From an uncultured Actinomycetota bacterium (lineage in GTDB: Bacteria; Actinomycetota; Actinomycetes; Prado026): a DNA stretch of 64,000 bases. Within the stretch, counting starts at the first letter, position 1, and every line of letters starts with the position of its first letter. A model generated the notes under the pieces. The model saw nothing but the letters and a program-made list of their open reading frames with translations, had not been told where the DNA came from and ran no database searches. A program made the position numbers and the translations under genes. Below are positions 58,100-64,000 of the stretch, piece by piece. The stretch covers positions 36,495-100,494 of the forward strand of contig CAVYVA010000006.1 of NCBI GenBank assembly GCA_963771835.1. Direction: 5' to 3'.

Positions 58100-59733
58100 A
58101 TGACCAACCCACCGCACGACCTGACCGCGCTGCCGGACCTGCTGCACGGCCGTCCGCTCTCGGGGCCCGTCAGGGAACGACGTCCGGTCTACGTCGACCT
58201 GCTTCCGCCGTGCAACGCCGGCTGCCCAGCCGGCGAGAACATCCAGGCGTGGCTGGCCTACGCCATCGACGGGCGCCACGAACAGGCATGGCGTCAGCTG
58301 GTGGCCGACAACCCGCTGGCGGCGATCCACGGGCGGGTCTGCTACCACCCCTGCGAGAGCGTCTGCAACCGCGCGACCCTCGACAGCGCAGTCTCGATCC
58401 ACTCGATCGAGCGGTTCCTCGGCGACCTCGCGCTGCAGCGCGGCTGGACCTTCGAGCCCCCGCCCGCGCGCACCGGCAGACGGGTCCTCGTCATCGGTTC
58501 CGGGCCGAGCGGGCTCTCGGCGGCCTACCACCTGTCCCGGCTCGGCCACGAGGTCGAGGTCCGTGACGCGGGCGCCGAGCCCGGCGGGATGATGCGCTAC
58601 GGCATCCCGGCATACCGGTTGCCGCGCGACGTCCTCGCCGGCGAGCTGGACCGCATCGCCGCACTGGGCGTGCGTCTGACCTCCGACCACCGGGTCGAGG
58701 ACCTGGCGGCCGAGCGGGACGAGGGCAGCTTCGACGCGGTGTTCGTCGCGGTGGGCGCACACCTGTCCAAGCGCGTCGACATCCCCGCCCGCGACACCGG
58801 CCGGATCGTGGAGGCCGTCACGTTCCTGCGCGACGTCGCCTCGGGCGACAGGCCGGTCATCGGTCGCCGGGTGGCGATCTACGGCGGTGGCAACACCGCG
58901 ATGGACGCTGCTCGGGTAGCGCGACGCCTCGGCGCTGACGAGGCGATGGTGGTCTACCGTCGCACGCGCGAACAGATGCCGGCGCATGCCGAAGAGGCGC
59001 AGGACGCCGAGCGCGAGGGCGTACGCATCAACTGGCTGCGCACGATCACCGCGTTCGACGGACCACAGCTGCAGGTCGAGCTGATGGAGCTCGACGAGTC
59101 GGGCTTCCCGCAGCCGACGGGGCGGTTCGAGACGCTGGCGGCGGACACGCTGATCCTGGCGCTCGGGCAGGAGACGGACACCACGTTCCTTCGCTCCGTC
59201 CCGGGAGTGGAGTTCGGGCGCGACGGGACCGTACAGGTGTCGGCCTCTCTGATGACCGGGTGCCCGGGGGTGTTCGCCGGCGGGGACATGGTGCCGAGCG
59301 AGCGCACGGTGACGGTGGGCGTCGGCCACGGCAAGAAGGCGGCCCGCCACATCGACGCCTGGCTGAGCAGCAGACCGGTGGCATCGGACTCGAAGCACCG
59401 GACCGCGACCTTCGACCTGCTGAACCCCTGGTTCTTCGGCGACACGGCCCGCCGCCAGCAGCCCGAGCTGGCGCCCGACGAGCGGGTCGAGAGCTTCGGT
59501 GAGGTCGTCGGCGGACTGACGGAGGCGGAGGCGACCTACGAGGCGGGCAGGTGCCTGTCCTGCGGCAACTGCTGCGAGTGCGACGGCTGCCTGGGCGCCT
59601 GCCCGGAGGATGCGGTGATCAAGCTGGGCGTGGGGCACCGCTACCGGTTCGACTACGACCGCTGCACCGGGTGCGGCGCGTGCTACGAGCAGTGCCCGGT
59701 GCACGCGATCGACATGTTCCCGGAACCCGACTG

Positions 59734-59734
<1 letters not shown>
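58100..59734 (+). CDS. GltD/PreT-like FAD/NAD(P) oxidoreductase with N-terminal Fe-S and C-terminal ferredoxin domain
   Basis: PPCNAGCP, GRVCYHPCE, IGSGPSGL, YGGGNTAMD, CLSCGNC, CTGCGACYEQCP. Confidence 0.88.
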
Positions 59735-63273
<3,539 letters not shown>

Positions 63274-63303
63274 CTTCCCGCAGGATGCCCGGAAGGAGCC
63301 CTG

Positions 63304-64000
63304 ATGGAGCTCGCGACGGGCTACCTGGGCCTGCGGCTGCGCAACCCGGTCGTGGCATCAGCATCACCGCTGTCGACGTCGGTCGACGGCGTGCGCAGCC
63401 TCGTCGACGCGGGCGTCGGCGCAGTGGTGCTCCACTCGCTGTTCGAGGAGCAGCTGCTCCAGGATGCGGAGCGGGACGCTCGTCAGGTCGAGGTCGGCAC
63501 CGAGAGCTTCGCCGAGTCCCTGACGTACTTCCCGGCCGACACGGACGGCGAGCCCTGGCCCCGCCGCTACCTGAGCCTGCTCGAGCGCTCGGCTGCCGCG
63601 GTCGACGTTCCGGTGATCGCCAGCCTCAACGGCGTCACGCCTGGTGGCTGGGGCACCTATGCCACCGCGATGCAGGACGCCGGTGCGGCAGCGATCGAGC
63701 TCAACCTCTACTACCTGCCCGGCAGCTCCGAAGATTCCCGGCCGCGACGTCGAGGACCAGCTCCTCGACGTTCTCACCGGGGTGAAGGGCGTCGGTGCAG
63801 GGTCCCCGTGGCGGTCAAGCTGAGCCCGTACTTCAGCTCGACCGCCGAGATGGCGGTGCGGCTGGACGAGGCCGGCGCCGACGGGTTGGTCCTCTTCAAC
63901 CGGTTCCTGCAACCCGACATCGACCCGGAGTCCCTCACCGTCGTGCCCGCCGTCGGCCTCTCCCACCCGTCCGAGGCACGGCTGCCGCGCACCTGGATCG
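63304..64000 (+). CDS. Dihydroorotate dehydrogenase-like protein, 3'-truncated, one frameshift
   Basis: YLGLRLRNPVVASASPL, VLHSLFEEQ, IASLNG, IELNLY, VAVKLSPYF, LFNRFLQPDID. Confidence 0.85.
   Translation, partial: MELATGYLGLRLRNPVVASASPLSTSVDGVRSLVDAGVGAVVLHSLFEEQLLQDAERDARQVEVGTESFAESLTYFPADTDGEPWPRRYLSLLERSAAAVDVPVIASLNGVTPGGWGTYATAMQDAGAAAIELNLYYLPGSSEDSRPRRRGPAPRRSHRGEGRRCRVPVAVKLSPYFSSTAEMAVRLDEAGADGLVLFNRFLQPDIDPESLTVVPAVGLSHPSEARLPRTWI

Noticed and set aside
59551-59733. N-terminal extension of PFOR from 59551
   Set aside because: Overlaps the upstream gene's ferredoxin domain; the conserved start MRATIDGNEA at 59734 is TGATG-coupled

Overview
High-GC actinobacterial DNA. Long genes between about 5.7 and 35 kb carry many single-base frameshifts, most likely long-read errors, so coordinates there are reconstructed across frames by eye. 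Layout: (1) 1-3.2 kb, two co-oriented uncharacterised genes, one with a beta-pore-former-like amphipathic hairpin and one with four Cys-every-4-residues helical repeats. (2) 4.7-19.9 kb, a large aerobic CO dehydrogenase locus: a CutR-like LysR regulator, two divergent form I coxMSL operons (AYSCSFR and AYRCSFR), XdhC-YHS, coxG, five tandem small TM+coiled-coil paralogues, and a facing coxD-coxE operon carrying a degenerate GIY-YIG-fold gene. Both promoter regions share a TAAG-N6-CTTATTC box. (3) 20-54.6 kb, a DosRS/DevRS-type hypoxia regulon: devR, devS, cydAB, narK-narGHJI, DUF294+exonuclease, USPs, Acg proteins, a CtpF-like ATPase and adh, with about ten DosR-like boxes and some unrelated genes interspersed. 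(4) 54.7-57.9 kb, an RHH-DUF4097-ABC module. (5) 58.1-64 kb, a GltD-like / PFOR / DHOD-like operon running off the end. No rRNA, tRNA, CRISPR array or transposase was recognised. Best candidates for an undescribed system are the five-paralogue membrane coiled-coil cassette after coxG and the two-gene Cys-repeat / pore-former-like unit at the left edge. All family calls are from recalled motifs, not database searches.
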